A stretch of 62,000 nt of DNA from positions 1,821,026 to 1,883,025 of the forward strand of contig MU053933.1 of assembly GCA_013239625.1 (NCBI GenBank), given 5' to 3'. This stretch comes from Lama guanicoe (lineage: Eukaryota). The position numbers were made by a program, and so were the translations under genes. The notes under the pieces are model-generated. The model did no database searches and had not been told where the DNA came from. It saw nothing but the letters and a program-made list of their open reading frames with translations. Positions 1 through 12,558 of the stretch are shown piece after piece (positions within the stretch are counted from its first letter, which is position 1; the number at the start of each line of letters is the position of its first letter).

Positions 1-944
1 TTCCGCGCTCGGAGCGTCCCGGCCCCAGCGCAGGCTGGGGGTCTGACACTCCAACCCTGCAGGCCGTGGTTCGGGGGACCCCAGTGGATTTGGATCGCAG
101 CTCCCAGGCCGACAGGGAGGGGCTGTCGCTCTGCCTCTCAGGTTCCAGAGTGGCCCCTGGTTTGAGTCCAGCCTCCCCGTGCAGGACTGCTGTGACCATC
201 ACTGGCCAGAGCACCTGCTGTCCCCTCAGGGCCCCAGCGAGCCGTGCTCTGCACCCAAGCCCACGGGTGGCACTGTGTCTGAGTCCTTAGTCATCACAGA
301 GCAGAGCCCACACTCTGGGGTCTGTGACTCACGGCACTGGCTGCAAGTGACAGGGACATGCTAAAGGTGACCTAAACCGGGAGTAGTTTGCCCACAGTGA
401 GAACAGAGCCAGGTCCGTGCTGACCTGCTCTGCAGCCGGCCAAGGCCAAGGCCAGAGACTGCACCTCCCTGGCCAGCGTGTCATCTGCCTCGGCCACCCG
501 GGCTGGAAGGGGGCTGGCGATGTGCACGCTTGGCTTTCTAGCGTCCATGGTGGAGGCGGGGACAGGGCAGCTAGGGTGTCAGCCAGCTACCCCCCCCCCA
601 GCCTGCAGAAAGCCCTGCACTTGCATTGGCTGCCCGGGGAGGCAGCTTTAGGAGCCCAGAGCGCCGGGGCTGAGCCTCCAGCCGTGCAAGTGGGTCCCAA
701 GCGCACTGGCTGGTGAGGTATTTGGGAAGTGAGGGGCCTGTGGGCCCAGGACGCTCTGGTAAGTGACTGCAGTGACAGCTGCCCGAGAAAGACGGGCCTG
801 CAGCAGGTGCCCTGGTCAACACACGTCATCCTCCAGGGACACAGGGGCCCAGCCTCTGAGAAAAGGGCCTGCCTGCTCTTAGAGAAAGTCTCTAAGGCAT
901 TTCTATTTTCTTTTTCTTTTTTCAATTATTGTTACCTACTTAAA

Positions 945-1263
945 AAAATTTTTTTATCGCAGTGTAGTCAGTTTACTATGTTGTGTCAATTTCTGGTGTA
1001 CAGCACAGTGTTTCAGTCATACATGTACACACATATATTTGTTTTCAGATTCTTTTTCACTACAGGTTACTACAACATACTGAATACAGTTCCCTGTGCC
1101 GTACAGAAGAAACGTGTTGTTTTTCTATTTTATATATAGTAGTTAGTACCTGCAAATCCCAAACTCCTAATTTATCCCTTCCCTCCCCCTTTCCCTGCCT
1201 GGTAACCATAGTTTATTTTCTATGTCTGTGAGTCTGCTTCTGTTTAGTAAATAAGTTCGTTTG
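945..1263 (-). mobile_element. L1 3'-UTR fragment (artiodactyl-type), 5'-truncated
   Basis: Homologous (reverse complement) to the L1 3' ends at 12330-12540 and 35060-35220. Confidence 0.8.
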
Positions 1264-1719
1264 AAGACATCTCCTAATTATAAAGAACCTCGAACTCATC
1301 TGGTTTTATTGGTAGGATGTCTGACTGTGTATAAAGTTCAGGTGAGAAAAATCATTCCCAGGGGGGTTCTTAAGTGATAGGAAAGATTAATTTCCATCTA
1401 TTTAGTTTCTCTGAGTAGTTAATGCACCCACCGTATAACCCAGTGCACGTGGAGAGGTCCCAGTCTCCTGGGACCTGCCCACGGGTCTCCCTCCCCGACT
1501 CCCTGTGTGCGGGAAGGCCCGGCGGCCACGTGTCTCCTCTGCACAGTGCTGTAAAGACGCTGTCATTTCGAGGGACACTGCCAGTTCGTCCCCGGCCCCA
1601 GATGCTGCTGCCTCTAAGCCTTCCGCCAGCAGCGAGCATGAGACCCACTTCCTGCTGTGTCCCCCATTCAGTGTGTTGTCAGATCTGGATTTCTGCCGAT
1701 TTGATGGGTGTGTGATCAC

Positions 1720-2290
1720 AGAAGATTTTCACTGGCCTCTGGGTTCCTTGTACAGAGCTCCTGCGACCCTTGTAAATTCCTCAGTGACAAGAGAACTAGG
1801 AGCATCTTTTGTCCTAAAGAGGTGACTTGGGGGATGAGGGGGTGGGGAGGGATGGGCGAGGGGCTCCTGGATGGGGGCCGGTCTCAGCAGAAAGAGCAAG
1901 GCTGGATTAGAAGCTTGGAACTTTCAGCCCCGCCTCCCATTCTCTTGAAAAGAGGGGCTGGAAGTGGAGTTAATAACCCACCATGCCTCTGTGAGGAAGC
2001 TTCCATGCAATCCCACTGGCAGCGGTTCAGAGAGCTTCCAGGCTGGTCAACACATCCCCGTCCCAGGAGGGGACACACCCCAGCTCCACAGGGCCCGAAG
2101 CCTCTGCACGTGGGACCTCCCAGCCGTGGCCCTGCGCATCTCCTCCTCTGTCCTCTGCGTCCCCCATCGTGTCCTTTACTAAACTGGTAAAGGCGTTCCC
2201 CCAGCAAACCAACTGGACCCAGGAGGGGCCACGCAAGCCTCCGATCTGCAGCCGAGTTGGACAGGAGTCGTGGGTCACCTGGGGAATGGG
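1720..2290 (+). mobile_element. MER21-like ERV LTR remnant
   Basis: Motifs cagagctcct, cttggaactttcagcccc and agagcttccaggctggt resemble the MER21 consensus as recalled. Confidence 0.6.
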
Positions 2291-3220
2291 TGTGGTTCCT
2301 GTCTTACCTCTTTTTATTGGGTTATTCTTATTCTTCTTGATTTTTAGGAGCTCTTTATGTATCATATATTAGGAAGATTAATCCTTTGTGATACGTTACC
2401 ATTTTTTTTCAACTTGTCTTTTGGTATTTTTTTTCCAGGCACATGTTTTAATTTTTACGCAAATTCATCCACCTTTTATTTTTTGGTCTCTGGATTTTGA
2501 CACATATTAGAAAGGCCTTCTGCACTCCAGGATCATTAAGAAATTTGTTGTGTTTTTGTCTAAAAATTTCACGGTTTCACTTTCTACATGTAAATCTTTG
2601 ATCTCCCTGAGGCGAGGATTTAATCCGATCACTTTCTAGTTGGTTACTTAGCTGTCCCAACACAATTTATTAATGTCTTTTTTTTAATAGACTTTATTCT
2701 TTTAGAGCAGTTTCAGATTCACAACAGAGTTGAGCAGAAAATACAGAGTTCACCCATAGCCCTCCCCACCCACACATATATACTCCCCTGCCCTCAGCAT
2801 CCCTCATCACTGTGGCATATTTGGTACAATCGATGAACCAGCATGGGCACATTATTATCAACCAAAGTCCATGGTTTACATTAGGGTTTACTCTTGATGT
2901 ACATTCTATGAGTTTTGACAAATGCATAATGACATGTAGCCACCACTATAGTATCATACAGAATAATTTCATTGCCCTAAAAATCCCCTGTGCTCTGTCT
3001 GTTCATTCCTCCCTCCCTCCCTCCCTCTCTCCAAACCCCTGGAAACCATGATCTTTTTATTGTTTCTGTAGCTGTGCCTTTTCCAGAATGTCATTTGGTT
3101 GCAATTGTACAGTTTGTAGCCTTTTCAGACTGGCTTCTTTCATTTAGTAATATGTCTTCTAAATTTCTTCTATGTCTTTCATGTCTTGCTAGATCATTTT
3201 TTTTAACTGCACATACATTT
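2290..3220 (-). mobile_element. Old L1M/L1MC fragments
   Basis: tttaatagactttatt...ttagagcagtttcagattcaca...gtacattctatgagttttgacaaatgcataatgaca, typical of an L1MC 3' end. Confidence 0.7.
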
Positions 3221-3319
3221 TTTAATTTACATATATGTACTGTTCATGGTTTCTGAGAATGTTTAGAGCTTTAGCTTTTTAAACTTACGTAGTTATCAAA
3301 GGAATAAAACCAACCACAA

Positions 3320-5150
3320 AATAAGAATTAACTCAAAAAGATACATACACCCTGCTATTAACAGCAACATTATTTATAATTGCCAAGATATATAAGCATC
3401 CTAAGTGCACATCAATAGTTAAATAGATAATGGAGATGCAGTGTATATATATATAGATACATACCCATAAGAAAGAAGAATATTTTGCCATTTCCAGCCC
3501 TTTGTTCATTTTTTTTTCACTTCAAAACCAGAATTTTATAACTGGCAGAGACATTTCTATTACATCAAAACAACAAAATACCTAGAAATAAACTTAACCA
3601 AGGAGGTTACCTGTACTCTGAAAACCGAAATGACACGCAGAAATGGAAAGCTTTCTTGTGCTCTTGGATTGGAAGAATCAACACTATCAAAATGGCCACA
3701 CTGCCCAAAGCAATCCAGACCCAACGCAGCCCCCACCAAAATACTCACGACACTCCTCACAGAACTAGAACCAAGAATTCCAGAATTTATAAGGAACCAC
3801 AAAAGACCCCCCACAGCCAAAGCAATCTTATGTTGATCTCTTTTTTTTCTCTTTCTTCTTTCTGTTGTCTTTTCTTGTGGTTTGATGACTTAGAGAAGGT
3901 CCTTCAACATTTGTTGTAAAGCTGGCTTGGTGGTGCTGAAATCTTGTAGCTTTTGTTTATCTGTGAAGCTCTTGATTTCTCCCTCAAGTCTGAAGGAGAG
4001 CCTTGCTGGACAGAGTGTTCTTGGCTGTAGGTTTCCCCCTTGCATCACTTTAAATAGACCGTGCCGCTCCCTTCTGGCCTGCAGAGTTTCTGCTGAAAAG
4101 TCAGCTGATAACCTTGTGGGAGCTCCCTTGTATGTTATTTGTTGCTTCTCTCTTGCTGGTTTTCATATTTTTTCAGGTTCTTTCTCTCTCTCTTCTCTTT
4201 CTGGGACCCCTATAATGCGAACATTAATGTGCTTCATGTTATCCCAGAGTTCTCTTAGATTACCCTCATTTCTTTTCACTCTTTTTTTCGTGTTTGTGGG
4301 CTCCTTCCACAGGCTCTGGGCTTGTTTTCTTAGCTCTGGTACCTGCCCTGGTGGGTGAGGCTGGACAGAGGCTTATGCAGGCTTCCTGGCAGGAGCAGCC
4401 AGCGCCTGCCCACTGCCGGGTGAAGCTCGGTCCTGGACCTCTGGTGGGTAGGGCCGTGTCTAGAGGCCTCTGTGGCTCAGGAAGTCTGCTGATGGGTGTG
4501 GCTGTGTTCCCACTCTATATTGTTTGGCCTGAGGCTTCCCTACAGGCTGTTGGGTGGGACTCGGTCTTGGTGCTGATGATCCAGTCAAGGTGTCAGCCTC
4601 CAGCAAAGCTCATGTGGATGAACACTCCCCAAATGTCCACCACCAGCTTTTATGTCCCCTGAGTGAGCCGCAGCCGTCCCCCACGTCCTCAGGAGACCCT
4701 CCAAATCCAGCAGGCAGGTCTGGCCCAGGTTCCTGTGAAATAACTGCCTCTGCCCTTGGACCCGGTGCACGTGGGTTCCATGTACACTTCTCAAGAGAAT
4801 GGAGTCTCCATTTCCCCTTGTCCCATGAGGCTCCCAGAGCCAAGCCCCCCTGGCCTTCAAAACCAGATGTCCTGGGGTCTCCTTCTCTCCCCAGTGCCGG
4901 GACCCGAGCTGGGGAGCCCAACGTGGGGCTCAGAGCTCTCACGCCTGCGGAAGGGCCTCTGCGACTGAACTGTCCTTAGGCTTGTGGGTCGCCCCCCCCC
5001 CCGGGGCTTGGGGCCCAATTGTATAACGAGCACGCCCCTCCCACTGTCCTGCTGTGGTTCCCTCTTTGTTTCCAGTTGCAGAAGGTCTTTTTTGCTAGGT
5101 TCCAGTCTTTTCTCGATGGTCGTTCAGCATTCAGTTGTGGTCTCATTGTT
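3320..5150. mobile_element. Composite L1: ORF2 pieces on + (to about 3830) joined to ORF1/5' region on -
   Basis: ORF 3656 reads CSWIGRINTIKMATLPKAI (L1 ORF2). 3900-4280 matches antisense ORF1 (gtttctgctgaaaagtcagctgataacctt). Confidence 0.75.
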
Positions 5151-6159
5151 GCGAGGCGAGGTGAGTGCCTGTCCTACCGCTCTGCCTGCTAACGCCTTTA
5201 CAGCGGCTCTTTTTCAAGTCTCTGATGAGCTCCCCCAAAGCCCCGTCACACTGGCAGTGACTCTGAGAAAGAGATCCCAGATGGACAACGGCGATGAGCA
5301 CTCTCCTTTCAGTGATTGGATTCAGTGGGGAAAGTACGCGTGAGACCCTCAGCGGGGTTAAGTGCGGACACACGGCACCGCAGGAGTCAGCGCGCCAGGT
5401 CAGGAGCATGGCCACACGGCCACACGTCGCCTGGGCGGGTGTGGGCAGGGGGCGGCGGGCACAGAGCGAACAGGGAAGTCTCTCTGTCTTGTTGCAGGAA
5501 TTTGGCCCTGCTCCTGAAAATAGTTATAAAAAGAACAGAAATACAGTTTTCGCTTCTTTATTCAGTGCCTCTCAGTCCCTCCTGGTACTTCCAAATGCTC
5601 TTCATTGAGGTCCATTTTTACACCCTTTGATTTGAAATTCCAACTTTATCACATACTAAGTTCCCATGTGTTTGGGGGTCTATTTCTGATTCTCAGGCTT
5701 TGTCCCACTGGTCTGTTGGTGGCTGTCCCTCCCACTCACGGGAGACAGTCACCAAGGCCTCGTGGAGCACTTTCCAAGCCAGTAGGAAACTTACTCTTCC
5801 TTTTCAGGGTTTATTCTTTCATATCATTTTTGAAATCAGCTTTTCTAGAAACAGAAATGTAAGCCTGTTGGTACCTGTGACTGTAAGGCTTGCGTTAAAC
5901 TTACAAATCAACCCAGGCAGAGCCGGCGCGCCCGTGATGTTGCGTGGCCCCAGCCAGCAGCATGGCTTGTATTTTCATTTGTGCAAGTCCGCTTTGGGGT
6001 CTTGGACGGTTTTCCTCAGGCATGTTTTACACGTTACTTGTTACACGTATTCATGGATTCTTCATCTTTTTTGCTGTTACTACTGTGGGATCCTCTCTCC
6101 TGTATCTTCTATGTGGTCAGACATACGCACTATCTACTGATCACTATGTGGAATCAATA

Positions 6160-6305
6160 TAATTAATATTGTGTATCAATTTATATAGATTACAATTCAC
6201 GTTATATTACAATGTGTTATATAATAATATATGATTATTTAATAATATATAATTTATTTATAAATATTACTAATTTTAATATTATTTACATCTTAATAAT
6301 ATAAG
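6160..6305. repeat. AT-rich low-complexity tract
   Basis: Mostly A/T, degenerate TA/TAA repeats. Confidence 0.8.
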
Positions 6306-6309
6306 TAAC

Positions 6310-7900
6310 CTGCTAGGTTCTCTTACTTTCTGTGCTCATTTAAAGTAGATTCTTTATTGAACCTGATTTCCAAAGTAATGACCGTTTTTATGCCTCCAAT
6401 TTCTCTGTCTTGTCTAATTGCACTGACCAGTATCTAGTTCAATATTAAATAGGGGTAATGGTGTCGGAAATCCTGTCCTGCCTCTGACTTTCATGGGAAT
6501 AACTCCAGCGTCCCCTCGCTACGTGTGATGCCAACTTTGGGGGTGGTGCTCGCACAAGGGTAATTTTATATCTGTTGCTATGGTAAAGAAGACTCCATCA
6601 ATTCCTGTTTTATTGAGCATTTTTTAAAATTCCAGAATGACTGTTGAGTTTGGGAAGAACCTTCTCTGGATTAATAGAGATAATCACAAGGATTTTATCC
6701 TTAAACCTATGAATCTGGCAGGTTACAAGAATAGGTTTCTAACGTTAACTTGCCGTTTTGCTTTTGCTTCCAACTCTGCTTGGTAACAGATTATTCTCTA
6801 ACAGCTGACAGATCCCATTTGCTAATATTTTATTCACGATTTTAGCATTCATACTTGTGATTTATACTGATTTCCAGGTTTCTTTCCGTGGGCAGTCTTT
6901 ATCAGGCTTTGACATCAATAGAATGTGTCTTAAAATAAAAAAAGTGGTAAGTTTTTCTTCTATTTCTATGCTCTGGAGCTGCCCAAGGATAGCAGACTGT
7001 CCCTGGGATTGGATGGGATTTTGGGTCGGGGTAGGGGAGGCACAACTTTTAACAACTTTTTCTATTTCTTGTTTGGAAATTGTCTGTTTAGTCTTCTTAT
7101 GTTTTCCAGAGTCAATTTTTTTTCCTAGAAAATTAAATTTCATCCCAGTTTAAAATTTATTGCAAACAAATAGTTGCTTAAATTAAATTAGTACAGATTA
7201 ATCACTTAAGTTAAAAAGCATTTTTTCTCGTCTCTGTGGTTATTTCTCACCTTGCCGTTTTTATACTGTGTATGTGTACTTTCTCCCTCTCTTCCCCTCA
7301 CTCAGCTGGTCCCTTACTTATTTTTTCCAAAGTGTCAGCTTATTTCTTTCAATAGCTTTCTCCTTTCTCATCGCTTTTTTCCTCTCTCTCTCTCTCTCTC
7401 ATTAAGGTAGAGTTGCTCTACAGTGTTTCAGGTCATTGCTTTTGTCTTAACCTCTTCCTTCTACTTTCTTACCTTTTTTTTTTTGGCATTTTCTAATCTT
7501 CTAATGCAGTGCTGAATTCATCTGTTTTCATTCTTCCCTTTTAAAAAATGGGTATATTTGAATGGAAGGTGATGTGTTTTCCGTAGACCACCGCTCACAG
7601 GTCCTAATAGGCAGTGTTTTTGGTTTTTAGAAATCGTACGGGTGGGCTCGTATTTGCCCTTTGACCCAGGTTGTTCAGGAAAAAAATTTGTAGATTTCCA
7701 AATAGAATGCCTTTTTTTGGTTTCCTCACTTTGTTATCAATTTCTGGCATTGCTACATTTTGGTCAGAGAATCTTGCTGTCTTTTCCTGCAGTTTGGGAA
7801 GTTACTGAGGTTTTCTCAGAGGCTCAGTGCATGGCCAGCACCTGCGGATGTTTCAGGGCTATGTGGAGAGGGTGCCCCTCCCTGTGGCTGTGCTGGGAAT
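6310..7900 (-). mobile_element. Degenerate ancient L1M ORF2 region
   Basis: ORF 6862..7143 (-) reads ISKQEIEKVVKS...LILMSKPDKDCPRKETWKSV, a decayed L1 RT-domain start. Confidence 0.7.
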
Positions 7901-10900
7901 GCCTCCCTCACGTTCACCATGGTGACCGTCTTGTTGGACCCGAATGTAGTTACTTCTCATACTGGTTCTGCCTCGGACTGAGAGGTACGGGCTCCTCTGT
8001 CCTCCCATGAGCAGCCTCGGAGGGAGGAGACGCTGTCGGGGTTTGCCGGGAGGACAGCCTATTTTCCTGCCCCCTTGCCATCTCCCCAGCTGCCAGTGTC
8101 TGTAGAAATCTCTGTGCAGGAAGGGAGGCGAGGAGGAGCCCGGGGTCAGAGGTGGCTGCTGGGCCTGGGGGAGCAGCCCTGGGGGCCCCTCACTCACAAA
8201 ACCCCGGGGCCTCCGCACCAGATGCAGTCGGAGCGGGACAGACAGTGACAAGCTAGCCACCGACACTGCAGGTCGCCTTCTGTCACCTCAGGTCTGGAGC
8301 CCCTGGGCTGGACGGCCAGGGACAGTGGGCCGGCCACTTAGATGGCGGCCTTCAGCTGCCCCTAGAACTGGCCGAGGCATGCGGGCCACCGGCCCTCCCT
8401 CAGGACTGTGGTCCACGAACACCACTTCCACATTCATTACATGATTCAGGGCGAAATGGGTTTTCTATTAATAACAGTTAAGTGCTCTTGTGCAAAACGA
8501 AGCAGTTATTACACGTGGTTTTCTGAGCCAGTTAAGTTCCTGTTCAGGGAATTAAATGGGTAACATTTAGGTAATCGAGGCACCTCTGAGTGTCAGTGAC
8601 TGGGCCATGCATGTGTCTGTTTTTGTCTGTTTTAGACTTTTGGGCAGTGTCCCTCCACCATGAGACGGATCAGCCCAGGCCTTAGGTAGGGGTATGAGTG
8701 AGCAAGACCTGGGTGCAGGTCTTCCTTGCCGATGGCCCAGGGGGAGGAGGAGGGGCGTGGGGAGGACCAGGAGCCGTGACAGTGCCCGTCACTGAGCTGT
8801 TACCTCTGTGGGCTGGACTCCGCCGGGGCCCTCGGAGCCGTGCACCTTGCACTAAGTTCTGCAAGGTGATCCACCCGCTGGTTGAGGGAGGGCCTGGTGG
8901 TGTCACTTCCCCACCACTTCCTGCTCAGCCAACTCTGGGCCCCCTCAGGTCCTGGAGGCGGGCCCTACTGGTGCCGGGCTGCCCAGCTGTAGCTGAGTCG
9001 GAGTGAGTGCAGGAGAGGGGCCCAGGGCACCCAACGTGTCTGCTGGAGTCTGTGTGCGCCGTGCGGGCCACCGTGACCGGGCAATTTCACATTGTGCGGG
9101 TGACAGGGAAGAGATGCGGAAATCCAGGTTAGCTGACGCCTCCCTTCCCCCCTGCACCAATGAAGCTTTGGTGCCTTTGGAGGTTGGCATTCTGAGTGGC
9201 TCAGCTCACAACCTGCCCGTCCCTCCCACAGCTCCCTTCTGCCCCTGTGACCCAATATTAAACATGCCAGGGGCTGGCACAAAAGCCACTAGCCCTGCTC
9301 CCATGGCTAAGTCAGGTCACAGCTGGCTGCTGCCACCAGGGAAGGGGGTGGCTCCCTGGGCTGGATAAGAGCCCGAAAAGGTGGATGGAGGATACACGGG
9401 GGCCTCCAGCAAGGGGGTCGCGCCTGCCCCCACCTCCCGCCCCCATCTGGCAGGAACACAGGTGAGGGACAGCAGACTCGGGCATGGAAAATCCTCTCGG
9501 GGAATAACTGCAGCCTGAAAGGCGAGAATCCAGGCTGTCAGAAAGCCAAGGAAAAGGCAGCGGAGCTCAAAATGAGAGCGCTGATGAGAATGTCGGGAAG
9601 TGCCGTCCCTGGCGCCAGGCTTGCTTGCCCTACCGCGGGGGATTGAAGCCGCGTGCTGCAGAGTAAGACCTGGGAGGAGAACATGGTTTCTGTGCCAACA
9701 GATGTGCCGAGTGAGTTCTTTGTGGAAATAACACACGAAAACAGTCACAACGAACAGGGAACTAAGCCCACTGTTGAGAACAAGAGGAGGGCAGGCGGGC
9801 TGGGGCTGGGCCGCACCTCAGCTCTGCCCTTCCACCCGCGGTGCCCCTCCTGTGTGGACCGGGAGGGGACGTAAAGTCACCGCCCCTGCGCTGCGGCTGC
9901 TCTATCTGTGCCTCCACCAACCGTCTGTGAAGTGGAGCTTGGAATACCTCCTCCTGGGGATTCTGAGGGGCTCAAAAGAGGAGCATACGTGCTTGGGGGG
10001 GGGGAATTGTATCATGATCCCTGCTTTCAGATGCGAAGACTGAGGCTCAGGAGAAGGGTAATTTTTGGAACCCAGCCAGTGGTGTGGCTCTATTCCTTTT
10101 TGTACACAGTCGGGCTCTTTCAGATAAGTGGGGAAGGCAGATAGATGGGAAAGGGGGAAGAAATCACCTCCAGTCCAAGACAGTCACTGCTGGCATTTCT
10201 ATGCATTTTATTCCAATCTCTTAAAATGGTTTTGTTTTGTTTTGTGTTTTTTCCTTTTATTTAGTTGTGATCATATCACACCATGTTTATTTTAAGATCT
10301 TTTTTTTTTAAAGCTTTCTAAAAGCCAACATTCATTCCTTTTAAAATGCTCCAGAGACTTTAGAAAGGTCCAAAGGCTTCAAGTTACTCAGGTTTCAGAT
10401 AAGATTATAGGCAGGTGCTGACTGTTGGTTTCTCTGTCGCCAGAGCGTCCATTTCAATGTGTTCGATTCTGTATCTCCACAGCTCTGCTAGCTGGGGACT
10501 GGCAAAGTCCTCAGACCTTTGGCACGCTCCGTCAAGGGTACCACTCCAATATTGTCGAGAAAAACAATGGTGGTAGCAGTCACTAGCATGGCGAGGGAAA
10601 GAGTTCTAAGATCCAGGAATCTACTTTCATCAGTTAGCACTGATGTACATAACATTGCAACATTAACATTCCCAGACTATCATAAACCCTTTCTAAACAG
10701 AGTTTCGATGGTTACATAATAGTTCAGCCAATAAACACAGCACACTTTGTATAACACTGTCATTGGTATTTATTTCGGTTATTTTCCATTTTTGACAACA
10801 GCAGCCGACGCTGCAACAGGTGTTTTTATCCACAAAGGTTTGGGAGAGACGGTTTCCTTAAAGAGACCTCGAAGTGGAGTTGCTGGGTCAAAGGATGAAA

Positions 10901-11636
10901 GGGTGTTACTGCTTTTTAAAACAGTGGCATCTCAGAGAATCTCCTGAAGCAGAAAAAATACCGTCCAGGCATGCTAGACTGCTGGCTTTGCCCCACCCTC
11001 ACCTCCCTCAGCTCTCCTCTCCCCAACAGCCCAGGTTTTTGTTAATTTAGTGGGAAAAAAAAGTTTATGTGCATTCCTCCGTTGCTCACGAGAAAGAGTC
11101 TCTCTCCTGTCACTGTTGCTACTTCTGTTTGCCTTGCGTGGACTGGTTGCTCACTTGGGGCTGTTATTTGTGGACGGCTCGCCTGGGGGTTCTCCTGCAC
11201 ATCGCGAGAGGGAAGGAAGTGCAGTAAACAGAGGAGCCAGCGCGCTGTGGACCACTGAGAGCAACACACGCTTCACCTGGTGGATTCTTCGGAAACTCAT
11301 GTGCTACAGCTTTACAGTCAGTTGAGTTTTTATTAAATTTTTATTTTGTGATCACGTGGGTTCACATGCAGTTGTAAGAGAGGTTCCATGCACCCTTTAC
11401 CCAGTCCCCCGGGGCAGTGTCCTGCAGAGCTCTAGCCCAGCATCACGGCAGGGTGCTGGGTCTGCTGCCGGCCAGACTCAGGACACACCATGCTCACCAG
11501 GTCCCCCCCACCCCCGCTGCCCTTTTAGAGCCACATCCATTCCCCTCCTGACCCCACACCCCTGCCTTAACCCTTGGCAACCACTCACCTGTTCTCCATG
11601 TCTCTAATTTTGTTGTTTCAAGAATATTACATACAT

Positions 11637-12558
11637 ACAGACGACCCAATCAAAAAGTGGGCAGAAGAGCCAAACAGGCATTTCTCCAATGAAGACATAA
11701 CAGATGGCCAAGAGGCACATGAAAAAATGCTCAATATCGCTAATTATCAGAGAAACACAAATCAAAACTACAGTGAGGCATCACCTCACGTTGGTCAGAA
11801 TGGCCGTCATTAAAAAGCCCATAAACAGTAAATGCTGGAGAAGGTGTGGAGGACAGGGAGCCCTTCTGCACTGCTGCTGGGGATGCCGTCTGGGGCAGCC
11901 ACTGTGGAAAACAGCATGGAGAGTCCTTGAAAAACTAGAAGTAGACTTACCGTATGATCCAGCAATCCCACTCCTGGGTATGTATCTGGAGGGAACTCTA
12001 ATTTGAAAAAATATGTGTACCCCAATGTTCATAGCAGCAGTATTTACAATAACTGAGACATGAAAGCAACCTAAATGCCCGCTGATAGATGACTGGATAA
12101 AGAGGTTGTGGTATATATATATAAATAATGGAATACTACTCAGCCATAAAAAGGAATGAAACAATGCCATTTGCAGTAACATGGATGGACCTAAAGATTA
12201 TCATACTAAGTGAAGTAAGTCAGACAAAGACAAATGTCATCTGTCACTTATATGTGGAATCTAAAAAGATGCAAATTAACTTACTTACAAACCAGAAACA
12301 GACTCACAGACATAGGAAACAAACTTGTGGTTACCAAAGAGGAAAGGGGGTGGGGGAGGGATAAATTGGGACTTTGGGATTAGCAGATACAAACTACTGT
12401 ATATAAAATAGATAAACAAGGTCCTACTGTAGAGCACAGGGAACTATATTCAATATCCTGTAAAAATCTATAAAGAAAAAGAATATATATGTATAACCGA
12501 ATCACTGTGGTGTACACTAGAAACTAACACAGTTCATCAATCAACTCTAATCAAAAAA
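11637..12558 (+). mobile_element. Relatively young 5'-truncated L1 (ORF2 C-terminus, 3'UTR, short A tail) inserted in an L1MB remnant
   Basis: ORF 11704 [34 protein letters not shown]...[14 protein letters not shown] 12128 MEYYSAIKRNE...TWMDL. Confidence 0.92.

Noticed and set aside
1..900. 3' end of the upstream neighbour gene (AGPAT3 in human synteny)
   Set aside because: No recognisable coding exon or poly-A signal here.
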